A stretch of 64,000 nucleotides of DNA from Acidimicrobiales bacterium (GTDB lineage: Bacteria > Actinomycetota > Acidimicrobiia > Acidimicrobiales > JACDCH01). How positions within the stretch are numbered: the stretch's first letter is position 1; each line of letters starts with the position of its first letter. Positions 9,831 through 18,467 of the stretch are shown here, in pieces. The stretch lies in contig JBPCON010000058.1 of the NCBI GenBank assembly GCA_051000215.1, positions 1,194-65,193 on the forward strand. The letters run 5' to 3'. A program made the position numbers and the translations under genes. The notes below the pieces were generated by a model. The model was not told where the DNA came from. It made no database searches and was given only the letters and a program-made list of their open reading frames with translations.

Positions 9831-11153
9831 TCACAGGAGAGAGTGATCGGGAGAGGAGAGCGCGATCGCCAGAGCGACAGTGGGGTCGCCTGCTCTCGAG
9901 ATCGCGTCGCGGGTTGCGGGCCCGAAACCCTCCGGACGACCAAGGGCCATGGCCAGAGCTTCGACGTCGGCGCGTGCTGCCGCGTCGCGGGCCGGGTTGG
10001 CTGCCGGGGTGCCTGCCGCGACGGCTCCTGCAAGATCGAAGCGGGCGACGACGGTCGAGGAGGCGAACCACGCGGCGCCGGCAGGCCAGCCGGCGACGTT
10101 GGGCGGCGTCATCGGCACCTGCCCGCCAGCGCGGAGTTGTTTGAGCACGTCGCCGGCCGGTGGTGCTGCCGTGGTGGCCCGCCGCGCCGCGGCGAGCCAG
10201 GGAACCGGGGCCCAGACGCCGCCCCCTCCGGCCTGGCCGTCGGCGACGGCAGCGAGGAGCTCACGCAGAAGGGCCCTCGTGTCGAAGCCCGAAGCCGCAT
10301 AGCGCGTACCGAGACCCTGCACGAACGCGGGGTCGACGTCGGGGCCGAGCATCGCCTTCGCCAACTTGCCGGCGACCCAGGGCCCGCATGCGGGGTGAGA
10401 GGTGATCGCGGCGATGGCAGAGTCGACGTCGTGCACATCAGTGCGGCCGAGGAGGGTTTGGGAACTGTCGTCGTGGCGGCCCGGCACGAGCGTCGCCGCT
10501 GTCGCTCCGGGCTCGAAGCGCCAACCGGTGAACGCTACCGAAGCGGCGATCACGTCGTCCTCGCTGAACGCGCCGACCCCGAGGCTGAAGAGCTCCATGA
10601 CCTCGCGCCCGTAGTTCTCGTTCGGGTTCGAACCCGTGCTCTCGCGCCCGTCGAGGTAGATGAGCATCGCCGGATCGACCGTCGCAGCGCGCAGCAGCTC
10701 AGGGAACGGCGCGAACGCGAGACGCTGATAGGTGCGCAGCTGCTGCACCATCAGGAAGGGCGACTTCACCTTGTCGAGACCCGAGACGAGGTGGCCGTGC
10801 CAGAACCAGGTCATCCACGACTCGAGCGGCCGCGACGTGGTCGCGAGGTGATCGATCCATGCTCCGATCGCGGCGAGCGACTGCTCGCGGTTCTGCTTCC
10901 TGAACTGCTGCTTCTGCTCCTTGCTGCTTCCCGCCTGACGAGTGGGCGGCGTCAGCTCGACGTCGGCCCACGGGTCGACGGCCGCTTGGCCACCGTGCGC
11001 ATCGGGGTCGACGAGTCGATCGATCGTCGCCGCGACGCCGTCGCTGGCCCGAGCTTCGAGCTCACCTGGCGCAAGGCCGAACCCGGCGCGCCGGTGCAGT
11101 CGAGCGATCGTGATCCGGTCGGCGTCAGCAGCCACGTCGTCATGGTCATCCAC
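9831..11153 (-). CDS. DUF1800 domain protein
   Basis: WMTWFWHGHLVSG, LIYLDGRESTGSNPNENYGREVMELFSLGVG. Usual partner of DUF1501. GTG start at 11153 chosen just upstream of the P450 stop; the start is uncertain. Confidence 0.8.
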   Translation of the reverse strand: MDDHDDVAADADRITIARLHRRAGFGLAPGELEARASDGVAATIDRLVDPDAHGGQAAVDPWADVELTPPTRQAGSSKEQKQQFRKQNREQSLAAIGAWIDHLATTSRPLESWMTWFWHGHLVSGLDKVKSPFLMVQQLRTYQRLAFAPFPELLRAATVDPAMLIYLDGRESTGSNPNENYGREVMELFSLGVGAFSEDDVIAASVAFTGWRFEPGATAATLVPGRHDDSSQTLLGRTDVHDVDSAIAAITSHPACGPWVAGKLAKAMLGPDVDPAFVQGLGTRYAASGFDTRALLRELLAAVADGQAGGGGVWAPVPWLAAARRATTAAPPAGDVLKQLRAGGQVPMTPPNVAGWPAGAAWFASSTVVARFDLAGAVAAGTPAANPARDAAARADVEALAMALGRPEGFGPATRDAISRAGDPTVALAIALSSPDHSLL

Positions 11154-12354
11154 GATTGTGATGAGACGGTGAGTGCTGCGTTGTGATGGCAATGGGCAGA
11201 GAGGCGAGGCTCGTACGTTCGCTCGTGCACGTCCACTCGGGCTGGGCCGCGACCTCGAAGCGCGCAACATGGTCGACCAACACGTCGAGGAGCAACCGGA
11301 TCTGGAGGCGGGCAAGGGCAGCGCCGAGGCAGGCGCGTTGGCCCGAACCGAACGCCACCTGCGGGTTCGGGTCGCGGCCGACGTCGAAGCCGGGTGCATC
11401 GGGAAAGACCGCTTCGTCGCGGTTCGCCGATGCCCACCAGAGCGTGACCCGCTGCCTGGCGCTGATCAGCTGGCCGCTCAGCTCGAGGTCGACCGTCGCG
11501 ACGCGCCAATCGCAAGGTGTCGGGGTGGACCAGCGCAGTATCTCCTCGGTGGCGTGGCGCAGCTGCGAGCGATCGGCGCGAAGGCTTCGCCACTGGTCGG
11601 GGTTCTCGGCCAGGGCGAGCACGCCGCTGCTGATCGCGTCGCGGGTGGTGTCGATGCCCCCGGCGATGAAGAGGTCGTAGAGGCCGACCACCTCGGCTTG
11701 GTCGAGGTGGTCGTGCTCGCCGGTGTCGCGACGCCGGATAGGAGCGTGGATCGCCTTGGAGAGGATGTCGGCACCCGGATGCGCGCGTTTGTCCGCGACC
11801 AAGCCGTGGCCGAATCGCTCGATCGCTTCGCGCGCGGCGTCGGTATCCGTGCCGCCGTCGATCGCGAGGAAGACGAGCTCGGCCAGCGCGGGTCGGTCGC
11901 GTTCGGCGACGCCCAGCACGCGAGCCATCGTGTGGAACGAGAGCACCGCGGCCACGTCGTGCACCACGTCGCAACCACCTCGTTTGCTCGCTGCCGCGAC
12001 GAGTTGCTCGGCCGTCAGGCGGACGTCGTCTTCGATCCCGCGCATCGCGGCTGGCGAGAGCGCCGGAGTGAGCAGATTGCGGAGCCCGTCGTGGCGCTCG
12101 GCGTCCATCGCGTCGAAGGCCGCTCGCCCGCCGCGGTGCGCTGGGCGCAAGCGCGGGTCGGCTGCTGCGACCACGCAATCGGCGTGACCCGCGACGACCC
12201 AGAAGCTGTCGGTGACTCGAGGGGTGCGCGGGTGCAGGCACACTGGCGCCTCGGCGCGCAGCCGTTGGAAGTCGTCGTGGGGGAACCCCGATGCGAACGA
12301 GGCGGGATCGGTGAGGTCGATGCCATCGCGCCGTTCGGTCTCCGCGTCTTGCAC
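11146..12354 (-). CDS. cytochrome P450
   Basis: Heme-binding loop FGSGQRACLG, ExxR (EEILRW), I-helix AGGIDTT. Confidence 0.9.
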   Translation of the reverse strand: MQDAETERRDGIDLTDPASFASGFPHDDFQRLRAEAPVCLHPRTPRVTDSFWVVAGHADCVVAAADPRLRPAHRGGRAAFDAMDAERHDGLRNLLTPALSPAAMRGIEDDVRLTAEQLVAAASKRGGCDVVHDVAAVLSFHTMARVLGVAERDRPALAELVFLAIDGGTDTDAAREAIERFGHGLVADKRAHPGADILSKAIHAPIRRRDTGEHDHLDQAEVVGLYDLFIAGGIDTTRDAISSGVLALAENPDQWRSLRADRSQLRHATEEILRWSTPTPCDWRVATVDLELSGQLISARQRVTLWWASANRDEAVFPDAPGFDVGRDPNPQVAFGSGQRACLGAALARLQIRLLLDVLVDHVARFEVAAQPEWTCTSERTSLASLPIAITTQHSPSHHNRG

Positions 12355-12390
12355 TCGCCCATCATTGCGAACGGGGCGTCGCTCGGCGTG

Positions 12391-13815
12391 TCAGAGCGAG
12401 CAGGTGGTGATGGCGAAAGGCGAGCCGGGTTCAGTTGACAGTGGTGCCACGGTGGCGGTGACGCCTGGGCTCGAGGCCCAGTCCTGGAAGCGCTGCAACA
12501 GCGTGCCCGTCGCCGTGGCGTCGTCGCCGACGACGACGTCGTCGATGCAGGTGCGCCCCGCGTCTGTCCACGTCACGTAGCGATCGCCGCCCCAACCCTT
12601 GAGCGCATCGTCGATGGAGGTGACGTCGATGGAGTGACCGTCGGCGAGGAGCTGCTGGAGCAGCAGCACGCCGAGAGCGCCGCGATACACCGGCACGGAG
12701 CCGTCTGCCGGTGGCGGGTCGGCGACGCCCACAGCGCCTTCGCCAGCGAGGTACTTGTCCGGTTCGATGACCTGTTCGCTCGTCAGCGGTGGGTTGGCGA
12801 AGGCTTCGTCGAGGCGCGACGCGCTCGCCTGTTCGAGCCGCTGCACGAGCGTCGTGCCCGAGTCATAGGGCGCTTGGAGCAACACGAGCAGCACGAGGGG
12901 CAACGAGAAGATCTGCGGCGCGCTCGTCGTGATCTCCTGCTCCGCAGCGTCGGACTGTTGCTGCTCGTCGCTGGTCAGCTCCTTGTCGTAGTAGGCCTGC
13001 TCGATGACCCTGGCGTTGCCCTCGACGAGAGCGCTGAACCCGAAGCTCGACTCGTCGTCTGCGGTGTCGAGCTCGGGTCGGTCGAGGTTGAACCACTGGT
13101 CGTCGAGGGCGTGGGTCAGCTCGTGGGCGAGGACCTTGCGGATCAGCGGTGTGGTGTCGGTGCCCCGGACGACGAGGCGCTTCGTCTTCTGGTCGTAGAA
13201 ACCCTCGACCCCGATCGAGAGCAGCTCGCGTTCGTCCGCGACGAGGTCGCGGTTGGCGGCGACGAGCCCGAGCGCCTTCAAGACTGCCGCCTGCTCGACG
13301 ATGGCGGGCTGTTCCTCCTCGAACCCCTTGAACAGCTCGGTGTTGAACTCGTTGCCGTCGAGGAGCTCGACGGGCACGTCGGCCTTGAATTTCAACCCGC
13401 GCTCGCGCTCGACGAAGCGCTCGATGTCGGCGACGACCTGTTGCAGCTGCTGAGACCCGGTGGACGCGGTGGCGGAGCTGTCGCTCGACTGGCTACCGGA
13501 GCTGCTTGCATCGCTCGAGTCGGTGTTGCTACCGGGAGCGGTGCTGGTCGTGGCGTTGCGGGGCCGAGCGGTCTTCTTCGTGTCGTCGCTGCGGGCCACG
13601 GTCACCGCGCCGATCAGGAGGACGGCGGCAGCGATGATGCCGGCGATGACGGCGAGCCGGCGCCGGCTGTCGTTGGGAGGAGGCATCGGCGGCGCGGGGA
13701 CGTCCTCGATTGGCCGGGGGCCCCACTCGGTTGGCGGCCGCTCAGGGAAGCGCGGCGGGGGCGGCGGCCCCGCGGGGCCGTAAGGTGGCCCGAGCGGCGG
13801 CATCTTGTCGGCCAT
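12391..13815 (-). CDS. membrane-anchored HExxH protein (putative zinc metalloprotease-like)
   Basis: Pro-rich cytoplasmic N-terminus (MADKMPPLGPPYGPAGPPPPPRF), one TM helix (LAVIAGIIAAAVLLIGAV), an S/T-rich linker, then a domain with HELTHALDDQ. Start at codon 82 of the track ORF. No family name recognised. Confidence 0.65.
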   Translation of the reverse strand: MADKMPPLGPPYGPAGPPPPPRFPERPPTEWGPRPIEDVPAPPMPPPNDSRRRLAVIAGIIAAAVLLIGAVTVARSDDTKKTARPRNATTSTAPGSNTDSSDASSSGSQSSDSSATASTGSQQLQQVVADIERFVERERGLKFKADVPVELLDGNEFNTELFKGFEEEQPAIVEQAAVLKALGLVAANRDLVADERELLSIGVEGFYDQKTKRLVVRGTDTTPLIRKVLAHELTHALDDQWFNLDRPELDTADDESSFGFSALVEGNARVIEQAYYDKELTSDEQQQSDAAEQEITTSAPQIFSLPLVLLVLLQAPYDSGTTLVQRLEQASASRLDEAFANPPLTSEQVIEPDKYLAGEGAVGVADPPPADGSVPVYRGALGVLLLQQLLADGHSIDVTSIDDALKGWGGDRYVTWTDAGRTCIDDVVVGDDATATGTLLQRFQDWASSPGVTATVAPLSTEPGSPFAITTCSL

Positions 13816-13920
13816 GAGGGCACCATGAGAGCACGTGCCGGCACCAGTCGTGGCGTCGGGCTGCTCGGCAAGGCACGAGCCCGTCGCCGACCCATCCACG
13901 TCGAACGAGCCAGGGGACCT

Positions 13921-16038
13921 GTGTCGGCGCATCGCAGCATTCGCACCGTGGGGCGCGCCGCGGTGCTCGGTGTCGTCGTGCTGCTGGCACGCGCCGCGCC
14001 CGCTACCAGCGCGCCTGATGCTCCTGTCGCGACACCACCGACCAAGCAGGAGCTGCACTTCCGCGTCACCGTCGGCCCCGCTTCGCAGCCCGAGACCTGC
14101 GACGTCGTCGCCGATTTCTACCTCCCGGCCGATGCGTCGCGGTCACACAGGGTGCCCGTCATCCTCGCAACGAACGGCTTCGGCGGCTCGAAGAACGAGA
14201 ACAGCGGGGCCGCCGCGTGGCTCGGCGACACCGACCACGACTACGCCTTCCTCAGCTACTCCGGCCTCGGCTTCGGTGGCAGCGGCTGCGAGATCAACCT
14301 CGACGACCCCGACTTCGATGGCAAGGCTGCGAGCCAGCTCATCGATTGGCTCGGCGGCGTCACGCCCACCAACGCGTACGGAGCGTTCGACAAGTCGAGC
14401 AGCTCGTGGTCCTCAGCGATCGCGCCCCCGGATGTGATCGCGCTCGACGGCGACCCCAGCGCGCACGACCCGCGCCTCGGCATGATCGGCGGCTCCTACG
14501 GCGGGGAGATCCAACTGGCAACCGCTGCGATCGACGATCGCGTCGACACCGTCGTCCCGATGATCACGTGGAACGACCTGCGCTACTCCCTCGCACCGAG
14601 CAACACGATCGCCGGCGACGGCGCCCCCTCCGAACCACTTGCCGGGGGACGGTCCGGTGTCGCCAAGCGGCTGTGGGCCCTCGGCTTCTTCGCGTCGGGT
14701 GCTACGTCGCCGCTGGTCAACGATCAGAGTCCGCTCCTCATCCCCGGGCTCCTCGACCAACTGCGCCAGGGGACCCTGCCGTGTCCGGGGTTCGCAGCGT
14801 GGATCTGCACCGAGCTCGCGAGCGCGGCCCTGAGCGGCCACGTCACCTCAGACGGCGACGCCAGGTTGCTGCACGTCTCGGCAGCCAGCTATCTCGACCG
14901 CGTTCGTATCCCGACGCTGCTCGTCCAAGGCGAGCTCGACTCGCTCTTCGACCTCCAGGAGTCGGTGGCCACCTATCAGTCGCTGCGCGCGAACGGCGTG
15001 CCCGTGCAGCTCATGTGGCAGCGTCGAGGCCACAGCGGCGGCGGCCCCGACGGCGAGTTCACGACCAAGTCGCCGGAGCTCGCCGACGCGTCGTACCAGG
15101 GCCAGGTCTTCGCCGATTGGTTCGACTACTGGCTCAAGCCCGACCACGGCGACGCGCCTGCGCCCGCGCTCGACTTCTCCTTCTTCCGCCAGTGGGTCTT
15201 CGACGCGACAGGCGACGCCAAGGCTGCATACGCACACGCCCCCGCGTACCCGATCGGCGACCCGTATCGGCTCTACTTGTCGGGCACAGACCACCTCGTG
15301 GCCACTCCGGGCGAGGTGGCAGCGGGAGGCGCTCCGATGCTCGTCGCGCCGGCGGTGCCGACACCTGGGCTCGGCGCGGCGACGAGCTTCTCCGACTACG
15401 GGCCGTTCGGCAACGTCGCGGGGACGGGACCTCTCCTGCCCCCACCTTCCGACGTGGCGTTGCTCTCGGCGTCGTGGACCTCGGACGTCCTGCCCGGGTC
15501 GATCGATGTGGTCGGGGTGCCCACAGCGGACGTCGCGTTGCAGGCACCGGTGATCGCGATCCTCCAGGAGCCGGCACAGCCCGACACGAACCTCGTGCTG
15601 TTCGCCAAGGTGTACGACGTCGCCCCGGATGGGTCTCTCACGCTCGTCAATCGCCTCGTGTCTCCGATGCGCGTCGACGACGTCACCAGACCCGTGCACG
15701 TGCAGCTGCCTGGCATCGTCCACCGCTTCGACGCCGGTCATCGCATCCGTTTCGCTCTCGCCACCAGCGACTTCGCCTTCGGCGCCAACCCCTCGCTCCT
15801 CGCAGCCCAGCCCGTGATCGTGCCGACCTCGGCTGCTGCGCCCGGAGTCGTGTCGCTCCCCGTCGTCGGCGAAGCCCCAGCACCCCTCGCGCCGTCGACA
15901 CCGGACGTGCTCGACGCCCCAGGGGCAGCGCCATCGTCGACGCTCCCGGCAACCGGCCCGGCCTTCGACGTCGTTCCTTTCTGCACCCTGTTGGTCTGCG
16001 CCGGTCTCGCTCTTCGCCGGATCCGTCGCCACAGCTGA
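13921..16038 (+). CDS. CocE/NonD (S15 X-Pro dipeptidyl-peptidase-like) hydrolase with LPXTG cell-wall sorting signal
   Basis: The track ORF 12634..16038 is antisense shadow upstream. GTG at 13921 gives a clean signal peptide (VSAHRSIRTVGRAAVLGVVVLLARAAPATSA); an alternative ATG lies at 13825. Nucleophile elbow GGSYGG. C-terminal beta-sandwich LVLFAKVYDVAPDGSLTLV...HRIRFALATSDF. C-terminus LPATG + hydrophobic stretch + RRIRRHS. Confidence 0.75.
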   Translation: MSAHRSIRTVGRAAVLGVVVLLARAAPATSAPDAPVATPPTKQELHFRVTVGPASQPETCDVVADFYLPADASRSHRVPVILATNGFGGSKNENSGAAAWLGDTDHDYAFLSYSGLGFGGSGCEINLDDPDFDGKAASQLIDWLGGVTPTNAYGAFDKSSSSWSSAIAPPDVIALDGDPSAHDPRLGMIGGSYGGEIQLATAAIDDRVDTVVPMITWNDLRYSLAPSNTIAGDGAPSEPLAGGRSGVAKRLWALGFFASGATSPLVNDQSPLLIPGLLDQLRQGTLPCPGFAAWICTELASAALSGHVTSDGDARLLHVSAASYLDRVRIPTLLVQGELDSLFDLQESVATYQSLRANGVPVQLMWQRRGHSGGGPDGEFTTKSPELADASYQGQVFADWFDYWLKPDHGDAPAPALDFSFFRQWVFDATGDAKAAYAHAPAYPIGDPYRLYLSGTDHLVATPGEVAAGGAPMLVAPAVPTPGLGAATSFSDYGPFGNVAGTGPLLPPPSDVALLSASWTSDVLPGSIDVVGVPTADVALQAPVIAILQEPAQPDTNLVLFAKVYDVAPDGSLTLVNRLVSPMRVDDVTRPVHVQLPGIVHRFDAGHRIRFALATSDFAFGANPSLLAAQPVIVPTSAAAPGVVSLPVVGEAPAPLAPSTPDVLDAPGAAPSSTLPATGPAFDVVPFCTLLVCAGLALRRIRRHS

Positions 16039-16062
16039 TCTCCGCCGTCCAGCGACGTGCGG

Positions 16063-16806
16063 TCAATCGGGCAGCGACGACCAGAACGACCCGAGCAACG
16101 CAGCGGCCTGCTCTGGCGCCTGGTAGGGCCAGAAGTGCCCGGCGCCATCGATGCGCTCGAACCGCGCCCCGAGCGCCTCGGCGACCTCGGCGGCCTGACC
16201 CGCGTCGCCGAAGGGGTCCTCAGACGGGTTCACCACCATTCCAGGAGCGCCGGTCGGCGACCAGGGGCCCCAGCGCGCATGCGGGTTCGGTAGAGCCGAG
16301 CGATAGAGGGCGAGGATGCACGCCCCCATCGTCGCGTCCGACCCTGCTGCGATCTCGAGGGCATCGTCGTGCGGCACGCCCATCGCCTCGAACAGAGGAG
16401 CGCCCTCCTCAGGGCTCTGCGCGCTCTGGCTCTCGACGAAGGCTTCGCCATCGCCCGGCGTCTGCCACAGCTTGCCGATGTCATGCCACTCGTAGTCGGG
16501 GTGCGCGATGTTGCCGATGTCGGCCACCCACGAGCGCAGCCCATCGCCGCGCGTCGTGGCGACACGATAGGTGAAACCTGCGCCCCAGTCGTGTCCGACG
16601 AGATCGATCGGGCCACCGAGCGCGTCGAGCTCGCCGCGGAGCCAGTCGACGTAGTCGTCCATCGTCGCGCCGAAGCCCTCCGGCCGCGGGCAGCCGAAGC
16701 CGGGCAGCGCGAGCGCAACCGACTCGCGGTCGATGAGGCCGCGGATCTTGTTCCAGATGGCTGCGGTCTCGGGTACCCCGTGCACGAAGACGATCACGGT
16801 GCGCAA
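16063..16806 (-). CDS. alpha/beta hydrolase
   Basis: VFVHGVPETAAIW...LVGHDWGAG; paralog of the next gene. Confidence 0.8.
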   Translation of the reverse strand: MRTVIVFVHGVPETAAIWNKIRGLIDRESVALALPGFGCPRPEGFGATMDDYVDWLRGELDALGGPIDLVGHDWGAGFTYRVATTRGDGLRSWVADIGNIAHPDYEWHDIGKLWQTPGDGEAFVESQSAQSPEEGAPLFEAMGVPHDDALEIAAGSDATMGACILALYRSALPNPHARWGPWSPTGAPGMVVNPSEDPFGDAGQAAEVAEALGARFERIDGAGHFWPYQAPEQAAALLGSFWSSLPD

Positions 16807-16836
16807 CCTACGCGTGGCGGTGCATGGGCGCTGCGA

Positions 16837-17571
16837 TCAGACCCAGAAGCGACTGAGCGCCGCGGCTCCGCGTGTGGGGTCTTGGAGCGGCCACCAGTGC
16901 GCGACGCCGTCGATCACCTCGACGGCGGCGCCAGCGCGCTGCGCCGCTTCCAGCGTCCGCTCGCTCGAGCCGAGGTCGTCGTCGGCTGCGACGATGACGA
17001 GGCCGGGCTTGGGCACGTCGTGGAAGTCGGGAGCCCACTCGCCTCCGATGTCGGTCGCCGAGCGGTAGAGATCGAGCACGCACGACACCATCGTCTCGTC
17101 GATCGGCTTCGCCAGGGCCAGGGCACCGGCGTGGGGCACGCCGAAGAGCTCGAACAGGGCGGCGCGTTCCTCGGGAGACTGGGCGAGCTGCTGGGCCCAG
17201 AAGTCCTCCCCTTCGCCTGGCTTCTGCCAGATCTTCGCGAGGTCGTGCCACTCGAAGTCGACATGGCCGAGCCCGGCCGCGTCGGTGGCCCACGAGCGCA
17301 CCAGCTCCGGTCGGGTGCTGACGAGCCGCACGACGAGCCCGCCACCCCAGTCGTGGCCGACGAGGTCGATCGGCCCGTCGTCCTGGCGTACCTCGAGCTC
17401 ACCGACGAGCCAAGCGACGTAGTCCTCCTTCGTTGCCGCGAAGCCGTCGGGTCGGGGGCAGCCGAACCCCGGGAGCTGCAGGTTCACGACGTCGTCGCGG
17501 TCGAGCTCTGCGATCAGCGACTCCCACACAGCTGGGGTCTCGGGCACACCATGGACGAAGACGGCAGGCAT
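16837..17571 (-). CDS. alpha/beta hydrolase (tandem paralog)
   Basis: VFVHGVPETPAVW...LVGHDWGGG; collinear similarity to 16063..16806 throughout. Confidence 0.8.
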   Translation of the reverse strand: MPAVFVHGVPETPAVWESLIAELDRDDVVNLQLPGFGCPRPDGFAATKEDYVAWLVGELEVRQDDGPIDLVGHDWGGGLVVRLVSTRPELVRSWATDAAGLGHVDFEWHDLAKIWQKPGEGEDFWAQQLAQSPEERAALFELFGVPHAGALALAKPIDETMVSCVLDLYRSATDIGGEWAPDFHDVPKPGLVIVAADDDLGSSERTLEAAQRAGAAVEVIDGVAHWWPLQDPTRGAAALSRFWV

Positions 17572-17634
17572 CGCCGCAGCCTGTCACGATCAACGGGCCA
17601 CGACACGCCCAACGAGAGTCGCGAGATCCAGACG

Positions 17635-18450
17635 ATGATCCAGTTCGAGGGCTTCGACGATCAGCAACTCGAACGATTCCGTCACCTCCAACGCGTCTCC
17701 TACGGCGTGCTCGTCGAGGTGGCGGCGCAGCTCACGCCGGGCGACACTGAGCGCGACGCGACGCGCGTCGCGATGAAGGCGTATCGGCGCGAGGGCGCCG
17801 ACCGCTACTTCCACCTCCCGGTCGCGCTCTTCGGTGCGCGCACGACGTGCCCGGGTGCTTGGACCGCGCAGTCGTTCTGGCCGACGGACACCGTCCTCGA
17901 GCCGGGCGACGCGATCGTCCTCGACGCATCGCCGGTCTTCGACGGCTACGTCGTCGACACGTCGCTGTCGCTGAGCGCCGGGCCGAGCGCCGCGCACGAC
18001 GCCGCGACGGCCGACGATCTGGTCTACCGCGACAGCATCCTCGACGCCGTGCGCTCTGGTGCCACGTTCCGCGAGATCGCGATCACCGTCGACGCCGACA
18101 TGGCAGCGCGCGGCGACCGCAACTGTCACCAGCTGCACCCCGAAGGTGTGCTCGGGCACCGCGTCGTGCGCATGACCGACCCTGGCGCGGCGCCGGCGCC
18201 CGACCCGAGCGGCTTCGACGCATCGGTGCTCGGCTGGTTCGTCGCCGGCATCGGCGCAGCGCGGGAGAACGGCCTGCCGTCACCGACCTGGAGCGACCAG
18301 CGCATCTCGGATCACGTGCCGGCCCCGGGCCTCTGGGCGGTCGAGCCCCATCTCGGCCGAGGCGACGTCGGCGTCAAGTGGGAGGAGCTCCTCGTCATCG
18401 AAGGAGCCGACGCCTACTGGCTCGACGACGACGTCCCCCACCTCCGCTGA
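17635..18450 (+). CDS. M24-fold (Xaa-Pro peptidase/creatinase-like) protein
   Basis: Start at MIQFEGF inside the long track ORF. Pita-bread fold signatures EPGDAIVLDASPVFDGYVVDTSLS, LGHRV, WAVEPHLG, VKWEELLVIEG. Confidence 0.65.
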   Translation: MIQFEGFDDQQLERFRHLQRVSYGVLVEVAAQLTPGDTERDATRVAMKAYRREGADRYFHLPVALFGARTTCPGAWTAQSFWPTDTVLEPGDAIVLDASPVFDGYVVDTSLSLSAGPSAAHDAATADDLVYRDSILDAVRSGATFREIAITVDADMAARGDRNCHQLHPEGVLGHRVVRMTDPGAAPAPDPSGFDASVLGWFVAGIGAARENGLPSPTWSDQRISDHVPAPGLWAVEPHLGRGDVGVKWEELLVIEGADAYWLDDDVPHLR

Positions 18451-18467
18451 GGGGGAGGACGTTCGGG

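Noticed and set aside
13815-13825. Apparent head-to-head genes with only 9 bp between the ATG of the HExxH protein (13815, minus) and an ATG of the LPXTG hydrolase (13825, plus)
   Set aside because: The in-frame GTG at 13921 gives a normal signal peptide, whereas the ATG adds 32 highly basic residues in front of it. With the GTG start there is an ordinary ~105-nt divergent promoter region.
12634-13920. First ~430 codons of the 1134-aa track ORF, and many other very long ORFs (e.g. 2132..3448+, 3171..4952+, 7561..8802+, 14217..16574+, 38814..40934+, 46763..49441+, 59330..60766- upstream part)
   Set aside because: They lie antisense to, or out of frame with, genes that have clear family motifs. 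They translate to Arg/Ala/Gly/Pro-rich low-complexity sequence and are the expected stop-free shadows of very GC-rich DNA.
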